NCBI GenBank assembly: GCA_947591495.1
Contig: CANQDG010000002.1
Span: 9,779 to 73,778 of the forward strand
Direction: 5' to 3'
Length of the DNA: 64,000 nucleotides
From: an uncultured Bacilli bacterium
Lineage (GTDB): Bacteria; Bacillota_I; Bacilli_A; ML615J-28; CAG-313
Each line of letters starts with the position of its first letter. Position 1 is the stretch's first letter. Below are positions 1 to 10,317 of the stretch, one piece after another. The notes under the pieces were generated by a model. It made no database searches. It was not told where the DNA came from and saw only the letters and a program-made list of their open reading frames with translations. A program made the position numbers and the translations under genes.

Positions 1-447
1 ACACAAATAGTTAAATCGCTAGCCAATCAAAAGGCGCATTTCATTGCTCAAAAATATCCATATGATATTATAATAGGGGCTGATACCATTGTAGTAGTTG
101 GAAATGTAATTTTAGGTAAACCAAAAAATCAAGAAGATGCCATCCGAATGTTAAAACTATTAAGCGGCAAAACTCATAAAGTCATTACTGGTGTTAGTAT
201 TATTAGTCCTAATAAAGAAAAAAGTTTTGCTGTTACAACAACGGTTGATGTTGCCAAACTTAATCAATCACAAATACTTCAATATTTAGAAGAAGAAAAT
301 GTATATGACAAAGCTGGTGCATATGCAATTCAAGGGGCATTTTGTAAATATATATTAAAAATAAAGGGGGATTATTATAATGTAATGGGGCTTCCTATTG
401 CAAAAGTTTATGAAGAATTAAAGGAGTATACAAATGAAATACAATAA
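1..447 (+). CDS. maf: Maf-like nucleoside triphosphate pyrophosphatase (septum formation protein Maf), 5' end cut by the window edge
   Basis: Frame 1 is open from base 1 (TQIVKSLANQKAHFIAQKYPYDIIIGADTIVVVGNVILGKPKNQEDAIRML...). It continues into the listed ORF with KAGAYAIQG and GDYYNVMGLP, which are typical Maf motifs. Confidence 0.85.
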   Translation, partial: TQIVKSLANQKAHFIAQKYPYDIIIGADTIVVVGNVILGKPKNQEDAIRMLKLLSGKTHKVITGVSIISPNKEKSFAVTTTVDVAKLNQSQILQYLEEENVYDKAGAYAIQGAFCKYILKIKGDYYNVMGLPIAKVYEELKEYTNEIQ

Positions 448-970
448 ACAATTATTTGATCACCTTAATGGTGCCTATTTACAAGCTTTATCATTAGCTG
501 AATTTATTTTTGACAATTTAATTGAAAAGCAAGAAGAAATTAGTCGTTTTAGTGTGATGGAGAATTTTGATGCATATATTCAAGGTAGTCTTGCTAAAAT
601 TGTTTTAGATTCAGAGCCTAAAAATCCTTCCCTTTTTAATATGTTAAAGAAATTAAATAAATATACTAATTTTTATCAAGGCGTAGGTTTAGATGATTGG
701 TTTACTGCTCAAGCAAAAGTTTTATCTAATATTAAGAAAAAAGCTAAAAATGTAACTAATAGTATTCCAGTAGTTGTTCAAATAGTTAAAAACATTGATA
801 GTAAAACTAAAAGAACCGAATTTTCTATGCAACTTTTAGAAGCCTTAGTTAATTTATCGGTGTATTTACTTCCTGAAAGCAAAGATTTTGAAGATGTTGA
901 AAAAACAGTTTTAAATAAATATTTTAAAGATATATATGAATATGTATCAACAACTAAAAAAACAAAATAA
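434..970 (+). CDS. hypothetical protein (178 aa), no recognisable family
   Basis: Clean ORF. Its start overlaps the maf stop by 14 nt, suggesting an operon, and a hairpin terminator follows it. No motif recognised. Confidence 0.5.
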   Translation: MKYNKQLFDHLNGAYLQALSLAEFIFDNLIEKQEEISRFSVMENFDAYIQGSLAKIVLDSEPKNPSLFNMLKKLNKYTNFYQGVGLDDWFTAQAKVLSNIKKKAKNVTNSIPVVVQIVKNIDSKTKRTEFSMQLLEALVNLSVYLLPESKDFEDVEKTVLNKYFKDIYEYVSTTKKTK

Positions 971-996
971 AACGAGGCAGTATATATCCTCGTTTT
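969..996. terminator. bidirectional hairpin terminator between convergent genes
   Basis: aaaacgagg (969-977) pairs with cctcgtttt (988-996) around a 10-nt loop. A/T runs flank both sides and the hairpin overlaps the stop of the minus-strand M42 gene. Confidence 0.6.
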
Positions 997-2008
997 ATTT
1001 TTGTTCAATATATAGTTTAACTAATTTATAAGTATTTTCTAATGCTTCTATATGTGTTCGTTCCATGCCATGAGAAGCATGAATGCCAGGTCCAATTAAA
1101 GCACATTTAAGATCATTACCGCCCCTTAAAGCAGCAGATCCATCTGATCCATAAAAAGGATAAACATCAATTGCATAATTTAAGTTATGACTTTTCGCAA
1201 GCTCAATTAGTTTTGAAGTCATTTGATAATCATAAGGTCCGGTAGCATCTTTGGCACAAATCGAAACCATTTGTTCATTACAATTAAGATCAAGACCAAT
1301 ACAACCCATATCTAAGACTAATAATTCATTTGCATCAGGTAGATTAGAACAACCATGTCCGACTTCTTCATAAGTTGTAAAACAGAATAAAAGATTATCT
1401 TTGAAAGTAAGATGATTTTCTTTAATGTCACGAAGAAGTTCTAATAGAAGAAAAGCACTAGCTAAATCATCTAAAAAACGCATTTTAATAAAACCAGATT
1501 TAGTATATTCAAAATTAGGATTTATTGAAATAAAATCACCGGTATTAATGCCTAATTTTAAAACATCATCCTTGCACGTAATTTTTTCATCAAGTCGAAC
1601 ATACATATTATCCATATTTCTTTCTTTCGTTTTTGCGTCCGCATACACATGAACACTAGGTGAGGTTGATAAAATCGTTCCCGTATAAGTTTTACCATCA
1701 CGAGTATGAATTTGACAATATTGGCCATCATATGTACAAAGTAGCGCTCCCCCAATAGTGGTAAAAAGAATTTTGCCACTTGCATCAATACTTCTAACCA
1801 TTAAACCTAAAGTATCAACATGAGCACTTAAAGCAATGGTATAATTTGACTGACCCAAAACTTTGACAAAAAGATTACCTTTTTGGTTAGAAAAAGTTTC
1901 ATAGCCAAGTTTTTCAAGATAACATTTAAGATAATTAGTCATCTTCATCGTAAAACCACTTGGGCTAGGAATGGCAGATAATTTTTTTAGTAAATCAATA
2001 TTTAGCAT
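995..2008 (-). CDS. M42 family metallo-aminopeptidase (glutamyl aminopeptidase / YsdC-like)
   Basis: 337 aa with SAHVDTLGLMV, FTTYEEVGHGC and GPGIHASHGMERTH, the metal-ligand pattern typical of peptidase M42. Confidence 0.8.
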   Translation of the reverse strand: MLNIDLLKKLSAIPSPSGFTMKMTNYLKCYLEKLGYETFSNQKGNLFVKVLGQSNYTIALSAHVDTLGLMVRSIDASGKILFTTIGGALLCTYDGQYCQIHTRDGKTYTGTILSTSPSVHVYADAKTKERNMDNMYVRLDEKITCKDDVLKLGINTGDFISINPNFEYTKSGFIKMRFLDDLASAFLLLELLRDIKENHLTFKDNLLFCFTTYEEVGHGCSNLPDANELLVLDMGCIGLDLNCNEQMVSICAKDATGPYDYQMTSKLIELAKSHNLNYAIDVYPFYGSDGSAALRGGNDLKCALIGPGIHASHGMERTHIEALENTYKLVKLYIEQK

Positions 2009-2891
2009 TTTTTTCTTCCTTTCTTATTGATGCATCATAGAGAGCTTGTAAATCATCAGGTGTAAAATAATATTTTTCCCCACAAAAATGGCAAATTGTC
2101 TCTTGTGTTTTATTTTCATCAACCATTTGTTTGATTTCATCTTTTCCAAGTGATAAGATTCCTCTTGCAAACCGCTCTTTAGAACAGCTACAACGAAAAC
2201 TTACCGGAATATGTTCAATAATTTGGGCATCACTTGCAATGTTATATATGATATCTTCTAGGGTATAACCACTTGATAGCATTTGAGAAACAGTTGGTAA
2301 AATTTTTAATTTTTCCTCAAGTGCTACTATTACCTCCTCTTCAGTATTAGGCATCAGTTGCACAATAAAGCCTCCACTAGCTATTGCTTGATTTTCGGGA
2401 TTAACTAAGACACCAAGTCCAACCGCCGAATTGACTTGTTCACTAACTTGAAAATAGTAAGCAAAATCTTCAGCGATTTCGCCACTAATAATCGGAGTAG
2501 AGCCAATAAAAGGTTCTTTTAGTTTTAAATCTTTAATAACACTAATAAAACCAGTATTACCAATGGTTTGTTTAACATTTAGACGATAATCATTATATTC
2601 AAAATGACAATGAGGATTATCACAATAGCCTCTAATATGACCATGAGCATCGCTATCGACTAAGATTTTTCCAATAGGACCATCACCTTCAATTTTTAAA
2701 GTTAGCGTTTCTTCAAGTTTTAACATCGCACCCATCATTGCGCCCATACTTAAAGCTCTTCCCATAGCATCAAGTGCACTAGGATAATAACTAAATTTTT
2801 GTCCAATTTGATTTAAAGTGTTTGTTGTTGATGTAGCATAAATTCTAACTGATTGATTAAAAGCAAGTGCTTTAACAATTTCGTCTTTCAT
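1995..2891 (-). CDS. hslO: Hsp33 family redox-regulated chaperone
   Basis: 298 aa. The C-terminal zinc centre CSCSKERF...CHFCGEKY is the Hsp33 signature. It overlaps the downstream M42 gene by 14 nt. Confidence 0.9.
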   Translation of the reverse strand: MKDEIVKALAFNQSVRIYATSTTNTLNQIGQKFSYYPSALDAMGRALSMGAMMGAMLKLEETLTLKIEGDGPIGKILVDSDAHGHIRGYCDNPHCHFEYNDYRLNVKQTIGNTGFISVIKDLKLKEPFIGSTPIISGEIAEDFAYYFQVSEQVNSAVGLGVLVNPENQAIASGGFIVQLMPNTEEEVIVALEEKLKILPTVSQMLSSGYTLEDIIYNIASDAQIIEHIPVSFRCSCSKERFARGILSLGKDEIKQMVDENKTQETICHFCGEKYYFTPDDLQALYDASIRKEEKNAKY

Positions 2892-2977
2892 GAAATCACC
2901 TCTTAATTTTAGTATACCACTAATTAAGAAAAAATAACGTTTAATTACTTTAATTTATGAAGATTTATTTGATACGT

Positions 2978-3006
2978 TTGACAAATTGGTTCATAATAAT
3001 TATAAT
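2978..3006 (+). promoter_or_regulatory. consensus sigma-A-type promoter
   Basis: TTGACA (2978-2983), an exact 17-nt spacer, then TATAAT (3001-3006). This argues that the downstream CDS starts at ATG 3031 and not at the TTG at 2986. Confidence 0.6.
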
Positions 3007-3030
3007 AGAAAGCGTGTGAGGTATAATAAA

Positions 3031-3573
3031 ATGAATATTTACGAAGATTATATTAATTACATTAGTGAATGCCAAACATTAATTGAGGCAATGATTAACA
3101 ATAAAAGTTCCGTCTATTATGTTATAGCAGATGCTCTCAAAGTAACAGATTATATATATAAACTATATGAACAAAAAAAGCCCATTGATGAAGATTTAGA
3201 AGAAATTTTCGAAATAGGCTTTAGTTATCTTGCAAATGTCTTAGGTGATTTAAAAACATACTATGTTGAATACTTTGATAAGAATATAGACGTATTTAAC
3301 TATTATTGTGAATTAATGCTTTATTCGATTTATATAGAAGATTATAAAGATCATTTAACCGTTCAAGAATTAATTAATGATGATTTAGAAAATGCTTTAA
3401 ATGATTTAGTATTTAAAATTGATGGCATTTTAGTCAATAAAAAACCATATGATCAAAAAGATATCATCAATCTTGAAAGCCAAATAAGTGAACTTAAAGT
3501 AGCAGAAGATGATTATAAACCCGTATATAATGTTTTTCATTTAATTGTTGAAGAATTAAATTTAGATAATTAG
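3031..3573 (+). CDS. hypothetical acidic protein (about 180 aa)
   Basis: ORF track gives 2986-3573. ATG 3031 is preferred because a GAGG RBS lies 9 nt upstream and the promoter -10 lies inside the longer ORF. No family recognised. Confidence 0.5.
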   Translation: MNIYEDYINYISECQTLIEAMINNKSSVYYVIADALKVTDYIYKLYEQKKPIDEDLEEIFEIGFSYLANVLGDLKTYYVEYFDKNIDVFNYYCELMLYSIYIEDYKDHLTVQELINDDLENALNDLVFKIDGILVNKKPYDQKDIINLESQISELKVAEDDYKPVYNVFHLIVEELNLDN

Positions 3574-3575
3574 TA

Positions 3576-3606
3576 AAAAAGTCCTTTAGAAATAAAAGGA
3601 CTTTTT
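3576..3606. terminator. bidirectional hairpin terminator
   Basis: aaaaagtcctt (3576-3586) pairs perfectly with aaggacttttt (3596-3606) around a 9-nt loop. It sits between convergent genes. Confidence 0.65.
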
Positions 3607-4427
3607 TATAATTTATTAGGATCAAAAACAATTCCAACATCGTTTTGATCATACATCTTACCTTTAGTATAACAATAACTATTAAGATTTTCAAAATCAT
3701 TAAATGTTACTTTAACAGCTTCTTCAACCTTAAGGGCTTTTGCACACGCAAGAAAAGCTTCAACTTTACTTTTAGGAAGCATTTGGCCAGCACCATGACC
3801 TAAAAGAATGCCATCAAATGGTAATTTAAGAATGTTTTCTAACATATTGATATATATATGGAGTGGGCATGATTCTTCTAAGAATAACCAAACAAAAGGA
3901 CATGTAGCATCTGTTACAATTAAAATGTGATCTTCTTTAAGTAAAATACCAATACTGCCCTTAGTATGGCCTTCCATATTAACAACTTGACAAGTTAGAT
4001 TGCCAAGATTAAAGGTATAATTGGCAGGAAGAATTTTTAAATTGCCAGCACCTTTATTTAAAAAAGCAGCAGTTTCAAAATTTTCATCGATTAAACCATT
4101 ACGAAGGGCATTTTTCAAAACCTTTTTACGCCAAGGAAGACTATTATGTAACAAGCAAAGTTCATAATCATCTTTACTGATATATACTTCATCAAATAAA
4201 TAATTACCACCTGTATGATCCATATGGCCATGACTAGCAATGACGATTAAAGGTTTAGTTGTAATAGTTGAAATATAGGCTTTTAAGTTTGCAATACCAT
4301 AACCAGTATCAACTAAAAGGGCCTTATCCTTGCCAATAACAAGCGTTGTTAAAACGCCCATAGCATCTTTAATTTGATAGATATGATCATTAATTTGAAA
4401 TGTTTTAAAATAACTCATTTTTATCAC
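3606..4427 (-). CDS. MBL-fold metallo-hydrolase
   Basis: 273 aa containing HGHMDHTGG (the HxHxDH metallo-beta-lactamase motif) plus downstream His/Asp ligands. Confidence 0.8.
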   Translation of the reverse strand: MIKMSYFKTFQINDHIYQIKDAMGVLTTLVIGKDKALLVDTGYGIANLKAYISTITTKPLIVIASHGHMDHTGGNYLFDEVYISKDDYELCLLHNSLPWRKKVLKNALRNGLIDENFETAAFLNKGAGNLKILPANYTFNLGNLTCQVVNMEGHTKGSIGILLKEDHILIVTDATCPFVWLFLEESCPLHIYINMLENILKLPFDGILLGHGAGQMLPKSKVEAFLACAKALKVEEAVKVTFNDFENLNSYCYTKGKMYDQNDVGIVFDPNKL

Positions 4428-4489
4428 CTACCATTCATTATACTACAACTTCAAAAGTTTCGGATAAAAAAAGCCTAGCAAGCTAGACT

Positions 4490-6013
<1,524 letters not shown>

Positions 6014-6107
6014 TTAATTATAGCATAGTTTGAAAAAAATAAGTGAAAAATTACTAATAAATTATTATCTTTAAACATATATATTAATATCAGGAGGAAA
6101 GATTAAA

Positions 6108-6392
6108 ATGAATAATGATGTAACAAGTCAAGTAACTAGTCAAAATGTTTTATTAAAAGATCGGAAACGTTTAGAAATCTCAGGTATTAAAAAAATTGAA
6201 AGTTTAAATAGTGAAGAGTTTTTAATTGATACTAAATTAGGAATGTTATTTGTTAAAGGTAAAGAACTTGAAATGCAACAATTAGATACGGATAATGGTA
6301 ACCTTTGGATTAGTGGTACAGTTAATTTAATTCAATATATGGATACTACCAAAAAAGAAAAAAGTGGATTCTTTGGTAAAGTATTTAAATAA
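6108..6392 (+). CDS. yabP: sporulation protein YabP
   Basis: 94 aa. KDRKRLEISGIKKIESLNSEEFLIDT...GFFGKVFK closely parallels B. subtilis YabP as I recall it. Strong AGGAGG RBS. Confidence 0.8.
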   Translation: MNNDVTSQVTSQNVLLKDRKRLEISGIKKIESLNSEEFLIDTKLGMLFVKGKELEMQQLDTDNGNLWISGTVNLIQYMDTTKKEKSGFFGKVFK

Positions 6393-6853
6393 TGTATACC
6401 ATTAAAGAAGAAATATATATTATCTTTTATTTATTAGTATTTGGTATCTATCTATTTTCAACCCTTGATATTATTACAATATTAACTAAAAAAATAACCA
6501 AGAAAAGTTTTAGAATAATCATTCAAATCCTTTTTTGGTTAGCACAAATATATATAACATTTATCTTTAGCTATCATTTGATGGATGGCTATATCCCTAT
6601 TTATTTTATTCTCTTTATTTATCTAGGATATTTTATCTATGAAAAATTATTAAAAAGATGTTTTAGAAAAACAATAATTTTATTATTAAAGGTATTAAAA
6701 GTAATTAGCAGATTCATAATAAAACTAACTAAACCATTATTATATTCTAAAAAACTATTTCAAACGATTTTTCATTTTTTTAAACGAGAATGGAAGATTA
6801 TTAAAACTAAACTATTTAAGAAAAAAACTAAAGTAGAAGAAGAAATAATTTAG
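6392..6853 (+). CDS. yabQ: YabQ-like spore cortex biosynthesis membrane protein
   Basis: 153 aa multi-pass membrane protein. Its start is coupled to the yabP stop (TAATG), as in the conserved yabP-yabQ arrangement. The call rests mainly on synteny. Confidence 0.55.
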   Translation: MYTIKEEIYIIFYLLVFGIYLFSTLDIITILTKKITKKSFRIIIQILFWLAQIYITFIFSYHLMDGYIPIYFILFIYLGYFIYEKLLKRCFRKTIILLLKVLKVISRFIIKLTKPLLYSKKLFQTIFHFFKREWKIIKTKLFKKKTKVEEEII

Positions 6854-6861
6854 CATAATAG

Positions 6862-6890
6862 TTTACAAAGAATAAAAAATGTAGTATAAT
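6862..6890 (+). promoter_or_regulatory. sigma-A-type promoter for the tRNA pair
   Basis: TTTACA (6862-6867), a 17-nt spacer, then TATAAT (6885-6890), about 30 nt upstream of tRNA-Tyr. Confidence 0.55.
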
Positions 6891-6922
6891 ACATTAGCAA
6901 TGTTTATTCGTTGCCTATGTAT

Positions 6923-7007
6923 GGGAGGGTAGCGAAGTGGCTAAACGCGGCGGACTGTAAATCCGCTCTCTCCGAGTTCGATGGTTCGAATCCGTCCCCT
7001 CCCACCA
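6923..7007 (+). tRNA. tRNA-Tyr (anticodon GTA), encoded CCA
   Basis: Hand-folded cloverleaf. Acceptor GGGAGGG/CCCTCCC, anticodon loop CT-GTA-AA (GTA at 6957-6959), a long variable arm as expected for bacterial tRNA-Tyr, T arm GATGG-TTCGAAT-CCGTC, and a 3' ACCA. Confidence 0.93.
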
Positions 7008-7025
7008 TTACTTTTATTATGAAAT

Positions 7026-7100
7026 AGGGCTATAGCCAAGCGGTAAGGCAACGGACTTTGACTCCGTCATTCGATAGTTCGAATCTATCTAGCCCTACCA
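7026..7100 (+). tRNA. tRNA-Gln (anticodon TTG), encoded CCA
   Basis: Acceptor AGGGCTA/TAGCCCT, anticodon loop CT-TTG-AC (TTG at 7058-7060), T loop GTTCGAATC. Most of it is near-identical to B. subtilis tRNA-Gln as I recall it. Confidence 0.93.
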
Positions 7101-7131
7101 TTTTTTTATTTATAGAAAAAAGCTTAAAAAT

Positions 7132-7168
7132 AAAACAAGAACCACTTTTGATTCTTGTTTTTTTCTTT
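7132..7168. terminator. hairpin terminator after the tRNA pair (also downstream of the convergent ATPase gene)
   Basis: aaaacaagaa (7132-7141) pairs with ttcttgtttt (7152-7161), followed by a T run. Confidence 0.65.
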
Positions 7169-7171
7169 TGT

Positions 7172-8512
7172 TTAAATAAACATTGTCATATAAATAGGGA
7201 TACAAATGATATCTTTATCTTTTCGTAAATCCTTAGTATATATTAAATATTTAGTTCCGATTTTATTTGAAAACTTTTTCGCAAAAGCATCAATAGATGC
7301 ATGAATTTTATATCCAGATGATTTGACTTCAATTGGACAAACTTTATTTTTATTAGTAATTAAAAAATTAACTTTAAAATTATGAGTAGAATTTTGTTTA
7401 GGAAAGGTATAATAAAATAATTTATTACCTTTGGCTACAAGCATTTGTGCTACCATATTTTCATATAGATAACCAAGATTAGTGTCTAGTTTATCATTTA
7501 AAAGTTTTTCATAAATAATGTTTTCAGTGAAATCTTTATCCATAAATGCAAGTGTAGTAAATAAACCTGTATCACTTACAAATAATTTATATCGCATAAT
7601 ATTTTCATGCAAAGACATTCCCACACTAGGATCGTTAGCGTGATATGCTACATTAACTGTTAATGAATCTTTCATATCTGCTATTATATTTAAGACCCGA
7701 TCAGATTTTTCATTTGTAATTACACTAGATACTTGATAACGAGAAGCGTTTTTATTAAGTTCAGCCGGGATAGCTGAAAACATTAACGAGGCTCTTCCTG
7801 TTGGATCAATTTTCCTAAAATCATCTTGATATAATTCTAAAATACTACGCTTTACTTGATCGACCTTATTAAAATTATTAGTTTCAATGTATTCGTTAAC
7901 TGCTTGAGGCATACCTCCTACTAACATATATAATCTAAAATCACGCATCATTTTGCGATTTACATCATCACCTAATGATATTTTATTTTCAAAGGCATTT
8001 TGAAGTAATGGAATAGTTGTATGATCACCTAAGGCCCAGCGGAATTCTTCATAATCCATTGGTACCATTTCCATTCTAGTTTCTTCGCTTGGAATAATAA
8101 TATTTTCAACATTCTTTTTAATTGATAATAATGAGCCGGTTTCAATATAGTCATATCGGCCATCTTTTACTAAATGTTTAATAGCTTGTCGTGCAAGAGG
8201 TTCTTTTTGAACTTCATCAAAAATAATAACCGATTTACGAATTTCTAAATTGACATGATAAATTAATTGAAGACGTAAAAAAAGATAATTTAAATCAGAT
8301 AGATCTTTGAATAAATCATGCACTTCTTTAGGTGCAATAGAAAAATCAATTGCAAGATAACTTTCATATTCTTTTTTAGCAAATTCTAAGGCTATTGTTG
8401 ATTTACCAACTCGTCTTGCGCCTTTGATTAAAAGAGCAGTTTTTCCATTAGAATTCTTTTTCCAATCTAACATTTTTTGATATATTTTTCGTTCAAAAAT
8501 TCTTTCTGCCAT
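7172..8512 (-). CDS. AAA+ ATPase of the COG1373 / DUF4143-type family (paralog 1)
   Basis: 446 aa. Walker A GARRVGKST lies near the N-terminus, Walker B-like IIFDEVQ follows, and the C-terminal region ends in PIEVKSSGY, typical of the PD-(D/E)xK-like tail of this family. Confidence 0.75.
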   Translation of the reverse strand: MAERIFERKIYQKMLDWKKNSNGKTALLIKGARRVGKSTIALEFAKKEYESYLAIDFSIAPKEVHDLFKDLSDLNYLFLRLQLIYHVNLEIRKSVIIFDEVQKEPLARQAIKHLVKDGRYDYIETGSLLSIKKNVENIIIPSEETRMEMVPMDYEEFRWALGDHTTIPLLQNAFENKISLGDDVNRKMMRDFRLYMLVGGMPQAVNEYIETNNFNKVDQVKRSILELYQDDFRKIDPTGRASLMFSAIPAELNKNASRYQVSSVITNEKSDRVLNIIADMKDSLTVNVAYHANDPSVGMSLHENIMRYKLFVSDTGLFTTLAFMDKDFTENIIYEKLLNDKLDTNLGYLYENMVAQMLVAKGNKLFYYTFPKQNSTHNFKVNFLITNKNKVCPIEVKSSGYKIHASIDAFAKKFSNKIGTKYLIYTKDLRKDKDIICIPIYMTMFI

Positions 8513-8535
8513 TTTTAACCTCCTATTTTAACAAC

Positions 8536-8564
8536 ATTATATCATGTTATGCCGAAAATTTCAA
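8536..8564 (-). promoter_or_regulatory. sigma-A-type promoter of ATPase paralog 1
   Basis: On the minus strand: TTGAAA (8564-8559), a 17-nt spacer, then TGaTATAAT (TATAAT = 8541-8536). AGGAGG RBS at 8524-8519 and ATG at 8512. The -35 hexamer lies inside copy 1 of the 17-bp direct repeat. Confidence 0.55.
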
Positions 8565-8598
8565 ATTTTATACAAGCCAAAATGCCGAAAATTTCAAA
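8549..8598. repeat. exact 17-bp direct repeat, two copies, 33 bp apart
   Basis: atgccgaaaatttcaaa occurs at 8549-8565 and again at 8582-8598. Each copy carries a TTGAAA -35-like hexamer on the minus strand. Confidence 0.9.
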
Positions 8599-8720
8599 AT
8601 GTTTATAAAGATATAATATATATTTTTAACTTTTAATTCTAAATTTTGATAAAAAAGATGACTCATTCTATGTTATCACAACATGTCCTTTAAGTCATCA
8701 TTAATGATATTATAATAAAT

Positions 8721-8772
8721 AAAAAAAGGATAGCAGAACGTACGCAAAATGCAACATCCACAAGGGCTATCC
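8721..8772 (-). terminator. possible terminator of ATPase paralog 2
   Basis: Minus strand: GGATAGC...GCTATCC (8772-8766 / 8734-8728) followed by T7 (8727-8721). The loop is long (about 31 nt), so this is only tentative. Confidence 0.4.
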
Positions 8773-8817
8773 ATAAGTATTATATCAAATAATAAATAAA
8801 AAAGCAAGATATATATT

Positions 8818-10089
8818 TTAAAACAATTCAATTTTATTCAAAAGAAAATCGATTAACCTACAATGAAATATTCCATCTTCGTCATAAAAACTTGTTGGAA
8901 TATCATTTCTAATAACAATTTTTTTAAAAAAATCACCGGTTAATTTTAAAGAATCAATTTCAGCTTTTTGTTTTTCTTGATCTTCTATTCTAAAAGCCGA
9001 TTGAATATAGATTTTTTTATCAAAATAATTCACAACAAAATCAATTTCTTTTGTTTTTTTGCTTTCATTGTGGCGTTCTTCCACAACACCTACATCAACC
9101 AAGTATCCTCGTCTTATTAATTCGTTATAAATAATATTTTCCATTATATGGCCTAAATCAATTTGTCGGTAATTTAACCTAATATTTCTAAGACCGATAT
9201 CTGTATAATAATATTTATTAGGATAATCAAAATATTTTTTTCCTTTAATATTATATCTTCTTGCTTGCGAAATCAAAAAGGCATCAATCATATAATTTAG
9301 ATATTTGGTTATAGTATCATCAGATATTTTAGTTGAAGATTTACTATTGATTGTCATCGTAATTTTGTTAGCATTAGTAAGTGAGCCAATAGAAGATGCT
9401 AAATAATCTAGTATTTTTTCTAAAATATCTTGCCTTTGTATTTTTGCATGTTCAACTAAATCTTTTAAATAAATTTCATCATATAAGTTTTGAAGATAGG
9501 CTTTTTTTTGTTCTTGGGTTTGTTCATTAATTAATCCAGGCATTCCACCATAAAGCATATATTCATCTAATGCTTCAGTTATGTTACCACCACGATAAGC
9601 ATAAAATTCACTAAAAGATAGAGGGTAAACTTTAATTTGATTGGCTCTACCGCGAAATTCAGTCGCAATATCACTAGAAAGCATTTTAGAATTACTACCG
9701 GTTACGTAACAATCAAGATTAGGATATGCCTTTAATTCATTTAACATATCATATATATTTACTTCAATATTACTTTCTTGATCAATTACTTTTTTAGTTA
9801 ATTGAACTTCATCAATAAAAAGATAAAAATTTTCGGTTGCTTTATTTGTTACAAGATTTTCTACATAATCACAAAGATAAATAGGATCTCTAAATTTATA
9901 GTATTTTCGTTTATCTAATTCAATTTGAATAATATGATTTTCATCTATGCCATTTGCAAGTAAATATTCTTTAAATAAAGTAAAAAGAAGCGTTGATTTT
10001 CCTACACGCCTAATTCCTGTGATGACTTTGACATTGCCATTATTTTTTCTTTCGATTAGTTTTTCTAAATAAAAATCACGTCTAATCAT
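8818..10089 (-). CDS. AAA+ ATPase of the COG1373 / DUF4143 family (paralog 2)
   Basis: 423 aa. FYLEKLIERKNNGNVKVITGIRRVGKSTLL (Walker A), LFIDEVQ (Walker B), and a C-terminal EIDFVV...IYIQSA block typical of the family tail. Confidence 0.8.
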   Translation of the reverse strand: MIRRDFYLEKLIERKNNGNVKVITGIRRVGKSTLLFTLFKEYLLANGIDENHIIQIELDKRKYYKFRDPIYLCDYVENLVTNKATENFYLFIDEVQLTKKVIDQESNIEVNIYDMLNELKAYPNLDCYVTGSNSKMLSSDIATEFRGRANQIKVYPLSFSEFYAYRGGNITEALDEYMLYGGMPGLINEQTQEQKKAYLQNLYDEIYLKDLVEHAKIQRQDILEKILDYLASSIGSLTNANKITMTINSKSSTKISDDTITKYLNYMIDAFLISQARRYNIKGKKYFDYPNKYYYTDIGLRNIRLNYRQIDLGHIMENIIYNELIRRGYLVDVGVVEERHNESKKTKEIDFVVNYFDKKIYIQSAFRIEDQEKQKAEIDSLKLTGDFFKKIVIRNDIPTSFYDEDGIFHCRLIDFLLNKIELF

Positions 10090-10317
10090 TTTGGCCTCCT
10101 ATTATAAACTTTGGACGTATCTGCCTTAAGTTTCGACTATATTATATCAAAAATTTAAAATTATAGCAAGTCAATAGTTAAAAATATTTGAAAAAAGTTA
10201 TGATGATTAATATAATAAAGTGTCATAATTTTTACAATATGGTAAAAGCAAATTAAAAAAAATTGAAATATCAAATTGCCTGTGGTATAATAAGATAAAT
10301 TATGATGGAGGCGTTAT

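Noticed and set aside
778-1788. Short ORFs at 778-1008 (-), 1425-1652 (+) and 1558-1788 (-).
   Set aside because: They overlap or lie antisense to the hypothetical gene and the M42 peptidase gene. They have low-complexity translations and no start context.
7101-10317. A possible integrated mobile element or genomic island at the tRNA-Gln 3' end.
   Set aside because: No integrase, recombinase or transposase gene is present. I could not find a direct repeat of the tRNA-Gln 3' end. Only a 7-8-nt chance match (agggctat, at 8763-8770) occurs downstream. I therefore report it only as an accessory-looking locus, not as a mobile element.
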